Notes: generated by a model from the sequence alone, not told the origin. 64,000 nucleotides of DNA from a virus (IMGVR_UViG_3300003320_000853); one strand, 5' to 3'. Counted from the first letter of the stretch, positions 27,841 to 37,283 are shown. Numbers and translations: made by a program.

Positions 27841-30600
27841 GTGGGTATCGGCTTTACCCCTCTATCCGAAGGCCCGATCGGGAACTTTCCCAACGATGAG
27901 ATCCTCATCGGGATCTCGGGTCTTGGGACGCTTACTTCTACAGGCGTCGATGTCCACGTAGGGAGCGGATCTTCGACGGGCGCCGCGGTCCTTTCTTGTA
28001 CGGGCGTTGATGCCCACGTTGGAACGTGCTCCTCCTCTGGCGCTGCAACGGCAACGTGTGCCGGCGTTGTAACGGGGACCACGATCACAATTGCAGGCGT
28101 TGGGACCCTCTCCTGCGTTGGCGTCGATGTTCACGTTGGATCCGCTGCTATCTCTGGGGTGGGAGCCCTCACCTCGGGCGGGATCGACGCTCACATTGGG
28201 TCGGGATCCTCCGCGGGCGTCGGATCGGATGCTGCGGTTGGCGTCGATGTTCACGTCGGGTCCGGTACCAGCGCTGGCGTAGGTACGGCATCCGGATCCG
28301 GCGTCGATGCCCATCCCGGAACGGGATCGAGTGCGGGCGTCGGTGCAGCTTCTGCATCCGGTATTGATGCCCATGTCGGCACCCTTGCCAGCTCGGGTCT
28401 CGGGACCGAGACGACCTCCGGCATCAATGTCCACGTTGGGTCCCCCTCTATCTCCGGGCAGGGGACAGCAACGGCGACGGGGGTCGATGAACACCTCGCG
28501 ACTGTCTCGATCACGGGCGTCGGCACCCTTTCATGTACCGGCGTCGATGCTCGCATTGCCACACAGACGAGTGCTGGATCTGGTACAGCTTCGGCGTCTG
28601 GTGTCGACGCCCATCCGGGAACGGCAGCCATCTCGGGCGTCGGAGCTCTCTCTTGTGGGGGCGTGGACGTTCATGTTGGGGCGGCGACCATCGCTGGCCT
28701 TGGAACGGAGACTTGCAGCGGGGTCGACGTTCACATCGCGTCCGTATCGAGTTCGGGGCAGGGATCCCTATCTTGCTCGTCGGTCGATGCCCATCCCGCT
28801 ACCGCATCGAGCTCGGGGACGTCGTCCCTCTCTTGCTCCGCCATCGAAGCCGTTCCTGCCACTTGGAACTCGGCGGGTCTCGGAACTGCGTCGTGCGTTG
28901 GGGTTCTCGTCGATGCGGCCCTCGTCCAGATCGCGGGAACGGCGACCCTCACCAGCGCGGGCGTGGACGTTCATGTTGGGACGAACGCAAGTTCGGGCAC
29001 TGGCGTCGCTTCGGGTTCCGGGATTCAGGCGGTTCCAGGCACGGCATCGATCTCGGGGACGGCTACAGCTTCATGCACCGCGGTCGATGCTCATCCGGGA
29101 ACGGGCACGTCCGCGGGACATGGCACCCTGTCCTGCTCGGCGATCCTCGCCCGCACGGGGGTTCTCAGCTCGGCCGGAACTGGGACGGCGGCGTGTGATG
29201 GGCAAGTCGAAAACCCGACCGGCGTCGAAGCGGATGGGATCGGGGTTCTCACCTGTGCTGGCATTGATGCCCATGTCGGGGCTCCCGCTGCCTCTGGGGT
29301 GGGATTCGCGATCTCGGTCGGGGTCGATGCCCACCTCGGAGCCTTGTCTTCCGCGGGCGTCGGAACCCTCTCCGCAACCGGCGTCGATGCCCGGGTATCG
29401 AGCGCGTCCCTCTCCGGAGCAGCGACGGCGACGGCGGCAGGAATTCAGGCGGTCCCTGGCACGGCGTCCGCACATGGGGCAGGGTCTCTTGCCTGCTCGG
29501 CCCTGCAAGCGGTCCCAGGTGTTCTGGCTGCGCATGGTGCGGCCACGGCTTCCTGCTCGGCTCTACAAGCCGACGTGGGGCTATGCCAGGCCTCGGGCCT
29601 CGCGACCACAAGTTGTGCAGGGGTTCGTACTCACGTCGGCATTCTCTCGGCGGCGGGAAGTGCGTCCGCTTCTGTGTCAGGTGGGCAGACCATCATCGGG
29701 ATCGCAGCGGCGCAGGGGTCTGCCGTTGTCTCGATCACGGGAGTCCATACGCATGTCGCGGCCCAAGCCGCCAACGGTTCGGCCTCCGCAGTTTGTGATG
29801 GCAATGTCATTCAGCCCGAGCACCTTGAATCACAAGGGGAGGCGGTCCTTGGAGTCCAGGGCGTTCATGTCGTAACGCTGCCCGTCAGCATCCTCGGACA
29901 GGGGACTCTCCTGTGTGCTGGGGTTCGCGTTGAAACCAACACGGAACACAGCTCGGGCATCGCCGTCGTTATTCCCGTCGGGCATCTGCTCGCCGTGGGG
30001 AATTTGCTGGCCCATGGCGCCAGTGTGTTGGTGTGTATTGGGGTCAACCACCCGCCGGTCGCCGGGCAGGTCCCGTTCCTTGGGTTTGGAGATACGCATG
30101 CCAGTGTGATCCGTATCGACTACCTGACGGCGGCGTTTTTGGGCGATGGGGCTGTGTTTCTCATCGGGTACCCAGAAGCTATGGTGGGGGTCGGGTACCT
30201 CACCGCGGTCCTGAACATCACGAACCTCCCGCCCATCAATGTCCCGCGTCCGCCGACTTTCCCCTTGGGCCATGTCTTCACCAGCGGGGACTTGACCTTC
30301 CAGGTCAAGGATGCGGCGGGCAATCCTCTCTCGCCGTTCGTGCTCACCTACGCGATCTTCCAGGTAAGGGCGGGGAACGTCCTCTTGCCCTTTGGCGACC
30401 CCAAGAGGCGGCCGGTGATGGGCATGGACGGACAGTTCTACCCGAGCTTCCTGGCCGACGACTTGGGGCAGCCGGGAGACTTCCTCCTCCGGTGGACCTA
30501 TCAAGAAAGTTTTTCTTCGCCCCCCGTTGTGAAGGACATCCCGTTCCGGATCAATGGGACCAGAGCGAATGGCACGCGAACACAGCGAGGGTGGTTCTGA
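27841..30600 (+). CDS. Long repetitive fibre protein (20-aa G[VI]D[AV]H repeats) with C-terminal Ig-like domain
   Basis: 919 aa; degenerate 20-aa tandem repeat; C-terminal domain similar to the N-terminus of 32258. Confidence 0.7.
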   Translation: MGIGFTPLSEGPIGNFPNDEILIGISGLGTLTSTGVDVHVGSGSSTGAAVLSCTGVDAHVGTCSSSGAATATCAGVVTGTTITIAGVGTLSCVGVDVHVGSAAISGVGALTSGGIDAHIGSGSSAGVGSDAAVGVDVHVGSGTSAGVGTASGSGVDAHPGTGSSAGVGAASASGIDAHVGTLASSGLGTETTSGINVHVGSPSISGQGTATATGVDEHLATVSITGVGTLSCTGVDARIATQTSAGSGTASASGVDAHPGTAAISGVGALSCGGVDVHVGAATIAGLGTETCSGVDVHIASVSSSGQGSLSCSSVDAHPATASSSGTSSLSCSAIEAVPATWNSAGLGTASCVGVLVDAALVQIAGTATLTSAGVDVHVGTNASSGTGVASGSGIQAVPGTASISGTATASCTAVDAHPGTGTSAGHGTLSCSAILARTGVLSSAGTGTAACDGQVENPTGVEADGIGVLTCAGIDAHVGAPAASGVGFAISVGVDAHLGALSSAGVGTLSATGVDARVSSASLSGAATATAAGIQAVPGTASAHGAGSLACSALQAVPGVLAAHGAATASCSALQADVGLCQASGLATTSCAGVRTHVGILSAAGSASASVSGGQTIIGIAAAQGSAVVSITGVHTHVAAQAANGSASAVCDGNVIQPEHLESQGEAVLGVQGVHVVTLPVSILGQGTLLCAGVRVETNTEHSSGIAVVIPVGHLLAVGNLLAHGASVLVCIGVNHPPVAGQVPFLGFGDTHASVIRIDYLTAAFLGDGAVFLIGYPEAMVGVGYLTAVLNITNLPPINVPRPPTFPLGHVFTSGDLTFQVKDAAGNPLSPFVLTYAIFQVRAGNVLLPFGDPKRRPVMGMDGQFYPSFLADDLGQPGDFLLRWTYQESFSSPPVVKDIPFRINGTRANGTRTQRGWF
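27920..30050 (+). repeat. Degenerate 60-nt coding tandem repeat
   Basis: Recurrent GGCGTCGATG[CT]NCA[CT] every ~60 nt. Confidence 0.75.
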
Positions 30601-30985
30601 CATTGCGGTGCGCGTTGCCCGCCGGTACTCCGGGTCAAAGCAGGTAGCCTTGAACCAGGACTTCTGGTTGACGCCTTCCGACATCGCCGAGGTCTGCCCG
30701 CCCTGTGCAACACGGATGGCGAGCCTCGGGATTCGCCGGATCCGGGCATCGGTGATCTTCGGGCAGGACATGCTCCGGCTGGCTTCGTCTGCGCACACAG
30801 CCGAGGCGTGGAAGAACCTGCCCGAGGGCTGGACGGACGACTCTCGGCGGAAGTTCTGGGAGTCCATCGGGGGATCTCTCCAGAAGTGCATGGCGAAGGT
30901 CGAGGGCCACGTGACCGACCCTGGAGCATTCGCCACCGCGCTCCGGGATCGGATCGAGCAATCCGGTTGGAAGGGACCTACATGA
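30569..30985 (+). CDS. Putative internal virion protein with RVARRY tag
   Basis: DIAVRVARRYSGSKQVA; CPPC; LPEGWTDDSRRKFW. Confidence 0.6.
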   Translation: MAREHSEGGSDIAVRVARRYSGSKQVALNQDFWLTPSDIAEVCPPCATRMASLGIRRIRASVIFGQDMLRLASSAHTAEAWKNLPEGWTDDSRRKFWESIGGSLQKCMAKVEGHVTDPGAFATALRDRIEQSGWKGPT

Positions 30986-31623
30986 GCACGTTGACGCAGC
31001 GGGTGATTAGGCGGTTCAAGAGAGCGTCTACCCGCACAGCGTCGAAGTTCGTTCCCCTGGGGGATGAACTAGACGACTTGAAGCGCTTCCCCAAGAAGCT
31101 CGCCGGCTATGTGGCGGACTTCGAGCAGGCTCTACAGATTCTAGGAAAGATCCAGGAGGTCTTGGAAAGCAAGCGCCTCGGAGAAGTTCTCCGTTCCGAT
31201 ATGGAGAATCTTGCCGAAGTCCGAGGTCTTGCCAAGAAGACGGAGGAATATCTCCGTGATGCCCTGACGGTCAGCGCCTACTATGTCGCCGAGTACACGA
31301 AGGGGGTCGCCTATTTGAAAGCGCACCCTGACAGTGAATTCAACATGGACGATCACCCCCATGATCACCATCTGCCCGCGCAGATGCGCGCCCTCAATGA
31401 GGGCTTGGGAAAAGCCTTCGCGGGGATCAAATCGCTCGACCTCGTCGATGACCTTCAAGATCATCTGGGAAGCAAACCCCTTGCCTCGGTAAAGAAGCTG
31501 CTTGTAGACATTCCGACGACGCCGCACGAGACTTCTGCGGAGTTCGGCTTCCTCGATACACTCGCCGACTCGATCGACAACGCCTACGACTTCACCATCG
31601 AGACCATCTCGGAGGACGCGTGA
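30982..31623 (+). CDS. Putative internal virion protein with RVIRRF tag
   Basis: ATGA overlap; MSTLTQRVIRRFKRASTRTAS. Confidence 0.65.
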   Translation: MSTLTQRVIRRFKRASTRTASKFVPLGDELDDLKRFPKKLAGYVADFEQALQILGKIQEVLESKRLGEVLRSDMENLAEVRGLAKKTEEYLRDALTVSAYYVAEYTKGVAYLKAHPDSEFNMDDHPHDHHLPAQMRALNEGLGKAFAGIKSLDLVDDLQDHLGSKPLASVKKLLVDIPTTPHETSAEFGFLDTLADSIDNAYDFTIETISEDA

Positions 31624-32258
31624 CCATCAGCCTTGCCCGACGTGTGCTCCGTCGATACCAGCGTCAGGTCCGAGGGTCCTCGAATGATTGGTACTTGTTC
31701 GAGGATGCGTGGACAGAGATCGAGGCATACCCCGGGAAGATCAAAGCCTATGCGGGGGAGTACGCAAAGGTGATCGCTGCCACGGAGAAGGTCCAGGAAC
31801 TCTTGAAGAGTCCGCCAATTGCCCGGGCCATCAAGGCAGACAAGTCTTTTCTTGCGGGGGTGCAGGAACTCGCGAAGGATGCAGACAGTCTCATCGAGGA
31901 TCTGCGCAAGTTCGACAAAGCCTACTACAAGACCGTTGAGGAGGCGCGGGTTTTCCTGAAGGAAAACCCCAAGGGCAAGTTCGAATTCAAGTCTCTTCGG
32001 AACGGACCGTTGATCGGGCGGGTTGCCAAGGTCGTAAAGCTGGAGCGGGATTCCACGAACGGGGAGACTTTCTGGATCCCAGGAGTCTGGGAAGAAGCAA
32101 ACGACCTCCTGAATTCTGCAACCCTCAAAGCCATCAATCGGATGGTGGAGAACATCGAGAACCCAGAGGATTTCCTTGGTTGGTTCTCTGAAGCTCTCGA
32201 CGCCTTGAAGGACGCCGACAAGACGGTTATGGACCACGCAAGAGATGGGGAAGACTGA
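31620..32258 (+). CDS. Putative internal virion protein with RVLRRY tag (diverged paralog of 30982)
   Basis: GTGA overlap; YPGKIKAYAGEY..KVQELLKS vs FPKKLAGYVADF..KIQEVLES. Confidence 0.65.
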   Translation: MTISLARRVLRRYQRQVRGSSNDWYLFEDAWTEIEAYPGKIKAYAGEYAKVIAATEKVQELLKSPPIARAIKADKSFLAGVQELAKDADSLIEDLRKFDKAYYKTVEEARVFLKENPKGKFEFKSLRNGPLIGRVAKVVKLERDSTNGETFWIPGVWEEANDLLNSATLKAINRMVENIENPEDFLGWFSEALDALKDADKTVMDHARDGED

Positions 32259-33229
32259 TGGCCGTCGCATTTCTTCGGGGTCAGCAGCTCGGTCGGCAAG
32301 ACCTCAACATTTTCCTCACGAATTCCGCGGGCACGCCCACGAACGCGGCCGAAATCACCTACGCCATCGTGGACTTCACGACCGGGCAGGAGGTCGTTGT
32401 CGGCGTTCCCAGGATGACCCCGGCCAACCCCTCGGTCGGCGAATACTACGTGAGCCTGGTCATCCCTCTCGATGCGAACCTTGGGGACTACCGGGTGCGA
32501 TGGTCGTTCCGAGAGCTGGTCGGGAGCCCTCTGGTTCAGGTTGTCCAGGAGTTCGAAGTCATCGCTCGGCAGGGGGAGCACGACGGGCACGACGAGGAAG
32601 AACATCGTCGGCGCCATCACCATGGGGGTCCCTGTAATTGCCCCGATAGGCATCACCATGATCGCCACAAGTTCACCATCGTCGAGCGCGACCTCATCCG
32701 GCGCATCCGGACCCTCCTTCGGGACAACGACCCCGATCGGAACTACCACTTCCGGCCGCCCTCGATGGAGTCGACCGTCCGGCAGTTCAGCCAAGTCTTC
32801 GGCTTCATCTGGGAGGACGACGAGCTCCACGAGTTCATCCTGCGGTCGCTCGACATGATCATCGCGGCGCCTCCGCGGACGCCCTTCGCGAATGTCGATC
32901 ACATGGTTCGATCCCGGGCCGAGTGGCGCACCCTTCTCCTCACGGGAGCGATGATCCACGCCCTCCAGGCGGTGCGGATCAACTGGATCGCGGACGAGTT
33001 CGACTATTCGATCGGTGGGATCAGCTTGAACCTGGACAAGGCAGGCAAGTACGAGGCGGCGTACCAGGCACAGGCCGACCAGTTCGACAAGCAGCTCGAA
33101 AAGGCGAAGGCCACCGTCAACTTCGTCCGCGGCCTCCAGCAACCGCGCTTCGGCGTGGGCATCCGATCAGCCTTCGGCCCCTACGTGGGCGCCGGGGTGC
33201 TCACCCCGAGGAAATTCGTAGGATTCTAG
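32258..33229 (+). CDS. Head-tail adaptor/neck protein
   Basis: LIRRIRTLLRD...IWEDDEL...DEFDYSIGGISLNLDKAGKY adaptor-like pattern; N-terminal Ig-like domain. Confidence 0.65.
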   Translation: MAVAFLRGQQLGRQDLNIFLTNSAGTPTNAAEITYAIVDFTTGQEVVVGVPRMTPANPSVGEYYVSLVIPLDANLGDYRVRWSFRELVGSPLVQVVQEFEVIARQGEHDGHDEEEHRRRHHHGGPCNCPDRHHHDRHKFTIVERDLIRRIRTLLRDNDPDRNYHFRPPSMESTVRQFSQVFGFIWEDDELHEFILRSLDMIIAAPPRTPFANVDHMVRSRAEWRTLLLTGAMIHALQAVRINWIADEFDYSIGGISLNLDKAGKYEAAYQAQADQFDKQLEKAKATVNFVRGLQQPRFGVGIRSAFGPYVGAGVLTPRKFVGF

Positions 33230-33260
33230 GGTCTTCGGTGTAGAAGCTCCCCGAGGGGAG

Positions 33261-33716
33261 ATGACACATCCGAAGTGCCCCGAGTGCAGACGTCGGGTCG
33301 ATCACCATCGGCCCGGGTGCTCGTTTTCCCGAGAGGAGCTGGATCGGAAACTCCTGCTCATCAAGCACGAGATCGACCCGATGCAGTTCGAAGTGTTCCT
33401 TCGGGCTCTTGCCCGTCGGTATGAACACGGGTCAGTCCATCCGCGCGAGCACCCCCTTGGGGATCAGATGCCCCGCCATCGGCCGCACCTTCAGCTTCTT
33501 GAGCCCGTCCAGGAGGCTGGGGTTCGAGATGGAGGCGTAGTCGAAGTAGCTGATGCGGCCGATGGCGTTGATACCCAGGAAGAAGAGCCGGTCTCCGGCT
33601 ACCGCCAGGTGCGGCGACCAGTCGTTCGTTTCACAGACGAAACGGAGAGCGTAGAGCCCACCTTCCGTCAATCCGTTGATGGCCTGCTCCAAGAGGAGCG
33701 GGACGTTCTCGCATGA
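33261..33716 (+). CDS. Hypothetical protein (N-terminal CxxC...H...C); 3' part overlaps an antisense gene
   Basis: CGGTGTAG at 33236 and GAGGGGAG RBS. Confidence 0.4.
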   Translation: MTHPKCPECRRRVDHHRPGCSFSREELDRKLLLIKHEIDPMQFEVFLRALARRYEHGSVHPREHPLGDQMPRHRPHLQLLEPVQEAGVRDGGVVEVADAADGVDTQEEEPVSGYRQVRRPVVRFTDETESVEPTFRQSVDGLLQEERDVLA

Positions 33717-33725
33717 TGTAGTCAT
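33432..33725 (-). CDS. Hypothetical protein (97 aa)
   Basis: TGTAGGAG upstream; codon bias. Confidence 0.5.
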   Translation of the reverse strand: MTTSCENVPLLLEQAINGLTEGGLYALRFVCETNDWSPHLAVAGDRLFFLGINAIGRISYFDYASISNPSLLDGLKKLKVRPMAGHLIPKGVLARMD

Positions 33726-33768
33726 CTGGTCTCCTACAAGGGAGCCTTCCAGAGGATCAACGAGGAAA

Positions 33769-34068
33769 ATGAGCAACGAATCCGATAGGAAGCTGACGAT
33801 CAACGATCCGGTCGATCCCGACACCTTGAAGAGGCTGGCCGACGTACACGACGCTCGGCAACAGCTCGCCCTTCAACTCCTGGAGTGGGAGGAGGAGAAG
33901 GTGCGCCTCCTCGTGGCGGCCCGTCCGCTCCGGGAGGAGCGGACCAAGCTCTTCGAGAAGATCCTCATCGACCGCGGGCTCCCGCCGAGCTTCCAGGTCG
34001 ACATCGACCTCACCACCGGCAAGCTCCACCCGCACGGCCCGCTGCCGAAGCCGAAGGTCGAATCCTAG
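33769..34068 (+). CDS. Hypothetical coiled-coil protein
   Basis: GAGGA RBS; codon bias. Confidence 0.6.
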   Translation: MSNESDRKLTINDPVDPDTLKRLADVHDARQQLALQLLEWEEEKVRLLVAARPLREERTKLFEKILIDRGLPPSFQVDIDLTTGKLHPHGPLPKPKVES

Positions 34069-34088
34069 TCCTCTTAGTCCTCTTGTCG
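34066..34088 (+). promoter_or_regulatory. Putative late-promoter motif with tandem TAGTCCTCT duplication
   Basis: TAGTCCTCT-TAGTCCTCT-TGTCG upstream of ATG 34107. Confidence 0.45.
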
Positions 34089-34106
34089 GGCGGCCTCGGC
34101 AGAGGC

Positions 34107-35447
34107 ATGCCGTACGCTACCCAACGCGACCGCGACATCACGAACCTGGAGTTCTCCAGGGCGCCGTGGCCTGCCCCTCCCCTCAACCTCTTCCTCAAGA
34201 GCGGCTTCGTTCCCGGGGTCTTCGATCTCGTGTGGGATGACCCCTCACAGCTCGCGCGGAATGGGGACTTCTCGCTCTTCGGGGTCAACGTCTACCGGAG
34301 TTTCGATTCCGAATACGGTCCTTACCATCGGGTGACGGATCTCCCCGTGGGTGCGACCTTCTGGCGCGACCGTACGGACATCGAGATGATCGTTGGGGAG
34401 GATGTTTCTTCCCGCTTTGTGGTCGAGGGATCAGCCGGCGTCGGGCACGACAAGTACCGCTATGTCTTCAAAACCCTCTACTCGCCCATCGTGAAGTCGG
34501 GGAGCCAAGGCATCGACGCGGATACCCCCGAGGACGTCAGGGTCTTCGTCGACGGGCAGCCCGCGGCGGTCAAGCGGGTGCGTGGCTTCTCCGGGGAGGT
34601 CGAGATCGATCCCGCTGTGGGGGCCGACGTCTCGACACAGACGGCTGTCTTGCCGGTCGTCCCCGGGCAAGGGAGCGTGGTCACATGCTCCTACCGCCGG
34701 CTTCGGGCCCTGCTCAAGACCGATCTGGCGCAGCGAGTCTTCTACCGTGTGACGACCGTTGGGTATGCGTTGAACGACCCCACGGCTGAGCTGGTCGAGA
34801 CCCCCCTGGAATACGCCGTCAAGACTTCTTCCGCCGAGATCGAGAAGCTCGACTACATCTGGCGCGAGGCGATCCATCGAAACCGTTGGATCCTGCAACA
34901 GGGCGGCGAGCGGGTGAATGTCTTCCTCCGCAAGAACGTAGGCATGATCTGCCCTTGCGTGGAGGACGACTACCACAAGCAGGGGCAGAACGATTGCAAG
35001 TTCTGCTTCGGGGTCGGCATCGTGGGGGGTTATGAGGGACCCTACCCTATTCTTCTCGCACCGGACGATGCTGAGCGTCGGATCGCTCAGAAGGACATCG
35101 GGCGCACGGTCGAGCATACAAACGAGGTGTGGACGGGCCCGGCCCCGCTCCTCTCTCACCGGGACTTTCTCGTGAAGATCAACGGGGATCGCTATAGCGT
35201 CGGCGCCGTCCGGATGCCTACGAACCGGGGGATGGTGCTCCAACAGCACTTCAACATCGGACACCTCGACGAGAAGGACATCCGCTACCGGGTTCCGATG
35301 GACAATCCCCTCCGTGCTGTCGCGGGAACCTTCATTCCCTCGGGGCCGGAGGAAGAGGCGCAGTCCGGACCCACGGACAACCCCCGGGTTCCGGAGGGGC
35401 GGCAGCTTCGAGGCAACACGCCTGCTTGGCAGAACACCGAATACTGA
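34107..35447 (+). CDS. Neck/head-closure protein
   Basis: FN3-like N-terminus; ILQQGGERVNVFLRK..G..CPC...C..CFGVGIVGGYEGP...WTGPAPLLSHRD. Confidence 0.6.
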   Translation: MPYATQRDRDITNLEFSRAPWPAPPLNLFLKSGFVPGVFDLVWDDPSQLARNGDFSLFGVNVYRSFDSEYGPYHRVTDLPVGATFWRDRTDIEMIVGEDVSSRFVVEGSAGVGHDKYRYVFKTLYSPIVKSGSQGIDADTPEDVRVFVDGQPAAVKRVRGFSGEVEIDPAVGADVSTQTAVLPVVPGQGSVVTCSYRRLRALLKTDLAQRVFYRVTTVGYALNDPTAELVETPLEYAVKTSSAEIEKLDYIWREAIHRNRWILQQGGERVNVFLRKNVGMICPCVEDDYHKQGQNDCKFCFGVGIVGGYEGPYPILLAPDDAERRIAQKDIGRTVEHTNEVWTGPAPLLSHRDFLVKINGDRYSVGAVRMPTNRGMVLQQHFNIGHLDEKDIRYRVPMDNPLRAVAGTFIPSGPEEEAQSGPTDNPRVPEGRQLRGNTPAWQNTEY

Positions 35448-35456
35448 GAGGTGGAT

Positions 35457-36197
35457 ATGAAGCTTGGAAAGAAGGCTCCCCGTCACGATCCGCGAACGTT
35501 GAAGCTCGCCCGATACATGCCGGAGTTGCCGCCCGTTCCGCCGGCCGTCGACTGGACGTGGGGCGAGACGAACTGGCCGATGTACAAGAACGACGAGATC
35601 GGCGACTGCACGTGCGCAGCCATGGCACACCAGATCCACTCGTGGACGAAGGCGGCGGGCTCTGAACTGATCCTCCCCGAGGAGACCGTCATCGGGGCCT
35701 ACGAAGCCGTGGGCAACTACACCCCGGGTGACGACTCTACGGACAACGGCGCCGTCGAGCTGGATGTACTCAAGTGGTGGCGGGGCAGCGGGATCGGCGG
35801 GCACAAGATCAACGCCTTCCTGTCGGTCGACCACACGAGTGTCGGGCATTTCAAGACATGCGTCGCGATTCTGGGGGGATGTTACATCGGGATTGCGCTC
35901 CCGAAGACCGCCGAGGATCAGGACTCCAAGTGGAGCGTCGTCCCTGGCAAGGATGGCAGCGATGCTCCCGGAAGCTGGGGCGGGCACGCCGTGGTGGTTC
36001 TCGGCTACAACGGCGACGGTGTCATCTTCGTGAGCTGGGGGACGGTCATGACGATGACGTGGGACTTTTTCGCGAAGTACGTCGACGAGGCGTGGGCCGT
36101 GCTCTCGTTCGACTTCCTCAAGAATGGTAAGAGCCCGGGGGGCCTCGACGTGGGCGCTCTCCATCGGGATCTGAACGAGATCGGCGGCACTGTGTGA
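35457..36197 (+). CDS. Papain-like (C1-family) cysteine peptidase
   Basis: NDEIGDCTCAA (catalytic Cys), GGHAVVVLGY (His), FVSWG. Confidence 0.75.
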   Translation: MKLGKKAPRHDPRTLKLARYMPELPPVPPAVDWTWGETNWPMYKNDEIGDCTCAAMAHQIHSWTKAAGSELILPEETVIGAYEAVGNYTPGDDSTDNGAVELDVLKWWRGSGIGGHKINAFLSVDHTSVGHFKTCVAILGGCYIGIALPKTAEDQDSKWSVVPGKDGSDAPGSWGGHAVVVLGYNGDGVIFVSWGTVMTMTWDFFAKYVDEAWAVLSFDFLKNGKSPGGLDVGALHRDLNEIGGTV

Positions 36198-36697
36198 AGA
36201 CGTACTTCGAGGTCGGCCGGGTCTATTCGAAGCCCGTCTTCGGGGATCCGTTGGGTGGGGTCGACCTCGACAAGGAGATGCGCAAGCTCCAACGAACGCT
36301 CCTGAAGCGCATCCGAGACAAGATCCAGGCGAGTGCCTTCTCTCTTCGGGCCAAGAAGGCGCTCGCCAAGTCGCTCTCGATCAAGATGAAGCCGAAGAGC
36401 CTCCTCATCCTGGCGAAGCATCCGGCGTGGTTCCCCCTCGTCGAAGGCCAGAAAAAGGGACAGATGACATGGCTCACCAAGGCGAAGGCTCCGATCCCCA
36501 TCGTCACGGAGAGCGGTGAGGTCATCTTCCGATCGGCCAACGCTCGGACGATGCGGAATGGCAAGTGGGTCCATCCGGGGAGGGACCCGATGCGGTTCAT
36601 GGACAAGGCGAAGAAGGAGGCCCGAGCCGCTGTGAAGGATCGGCTTGTCAAAGGCCTCCAGAAACAAATCAAGATGGGATGGGTGAAGAATGGGTGA
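36194..36697 (+). CDS. Basic neck/tail-completion-type protein
   Basis: GTGA overlap; WVHPG...FMDKAK motif like HK97 gp10-type proteins. Confidence 0.5.
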   Translation: MKTYFEVGRVYSKPVFGDPLGGVDLDKEMRKLQRTLLKRIRDKIQASAFSLRAKKALAKSLSIKMKPKSLLILAKHPAWFPLVEGQKKGQMTWLTKAKAPIPIVTESGEVIFRSANARTMRNGKWVHPGRDPMRFMDKAKKEARAAVKDRLVKGLQKQIKMGWVKNG

Positions 36698-37283
36698 CGT
36701 CGTTGTCTTTGGTCTCGATACGCAGACGGTTCCCCTCGACGACATCATGATGGACGTCCCGCATGCGCGGACGGTGACCATCCCGGAGGAAAAGGCCGTC
36801 CGATCGAAGGCTTTGTGGACGGCTCTCTCCCAGAGAAAGCTCTTCCGTCTGAGTGCTGATCCGACCCCGAGAGTGGCCCAAGTAGCTCCGGCGGCGCCTC
36901 CAGAAGTCACGCCGGAGCCGAACCCGGTAGAGGCTCGTCTCGCTGAGGTTGAGGCGGAGAACGCCAGCCTGAAGGCGGAGAACGCCAGCCTGCGGACCCG
37001 AATCGAGGTTCTGGAGGCACACGCTGCCGGGAGCGGGAAGATCGACGAGATCCTCCAGCTTCTCCGAGAACGGCCTGTCGTGGTCTCGGCGCCGGCCGTC
37101 AACACGAACAGCGGCCGGGCTTTGGGGGACGGTGTAGTCGAGGTGGATGCGCCAGCATTCGTGCCGGGGGAGATCCGGCCGAGGGATGTCGAGACCCGGG
37201 TCGAAGTCTCTTCGGAGACTTCGCATGGGGGTTCGGTCTCGGGCGCCACGGAAGCTCTCAGGCGTCGCCGTCAAGGGCAGTAG
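36690..37283 (+). CDS. Hypothetical protein with short coiled coil
   Basis: Overlapping start; AENASL tandem duplication. Confidence 0.6.
   Translation: MGDVVVFGLDTQTVPLDDIMMDVPHARTVTIPEEKAVRSKALWTALSQRKLFRLSADPTPRVAQVAPAAPPEVTPEPNPVEARLAEVEAENASLKAENASLRTRIEVLEAHAAGSGKIDEILQLLRERPVVVSAPAVNTNSGRALGDGVVEVDAPAFVPGEIRPRDVETRVEVSSETSHGGSVSGATEALRRRRQGQ

Noticed and set aside
27920-30050. 60-nt periodic repeats as a CRISPR array or DGR template
   Set aside because: The variation is synonymous or conservative within one ORF; no cas or reverse transcriptase gene is in the window.
36953-36991. 21-nt-period tandem duplication (GGCGGAGAACGCCAGCCT twice)
   Set aside because: A simple one-heptad coiled-coil duplication of little significance.
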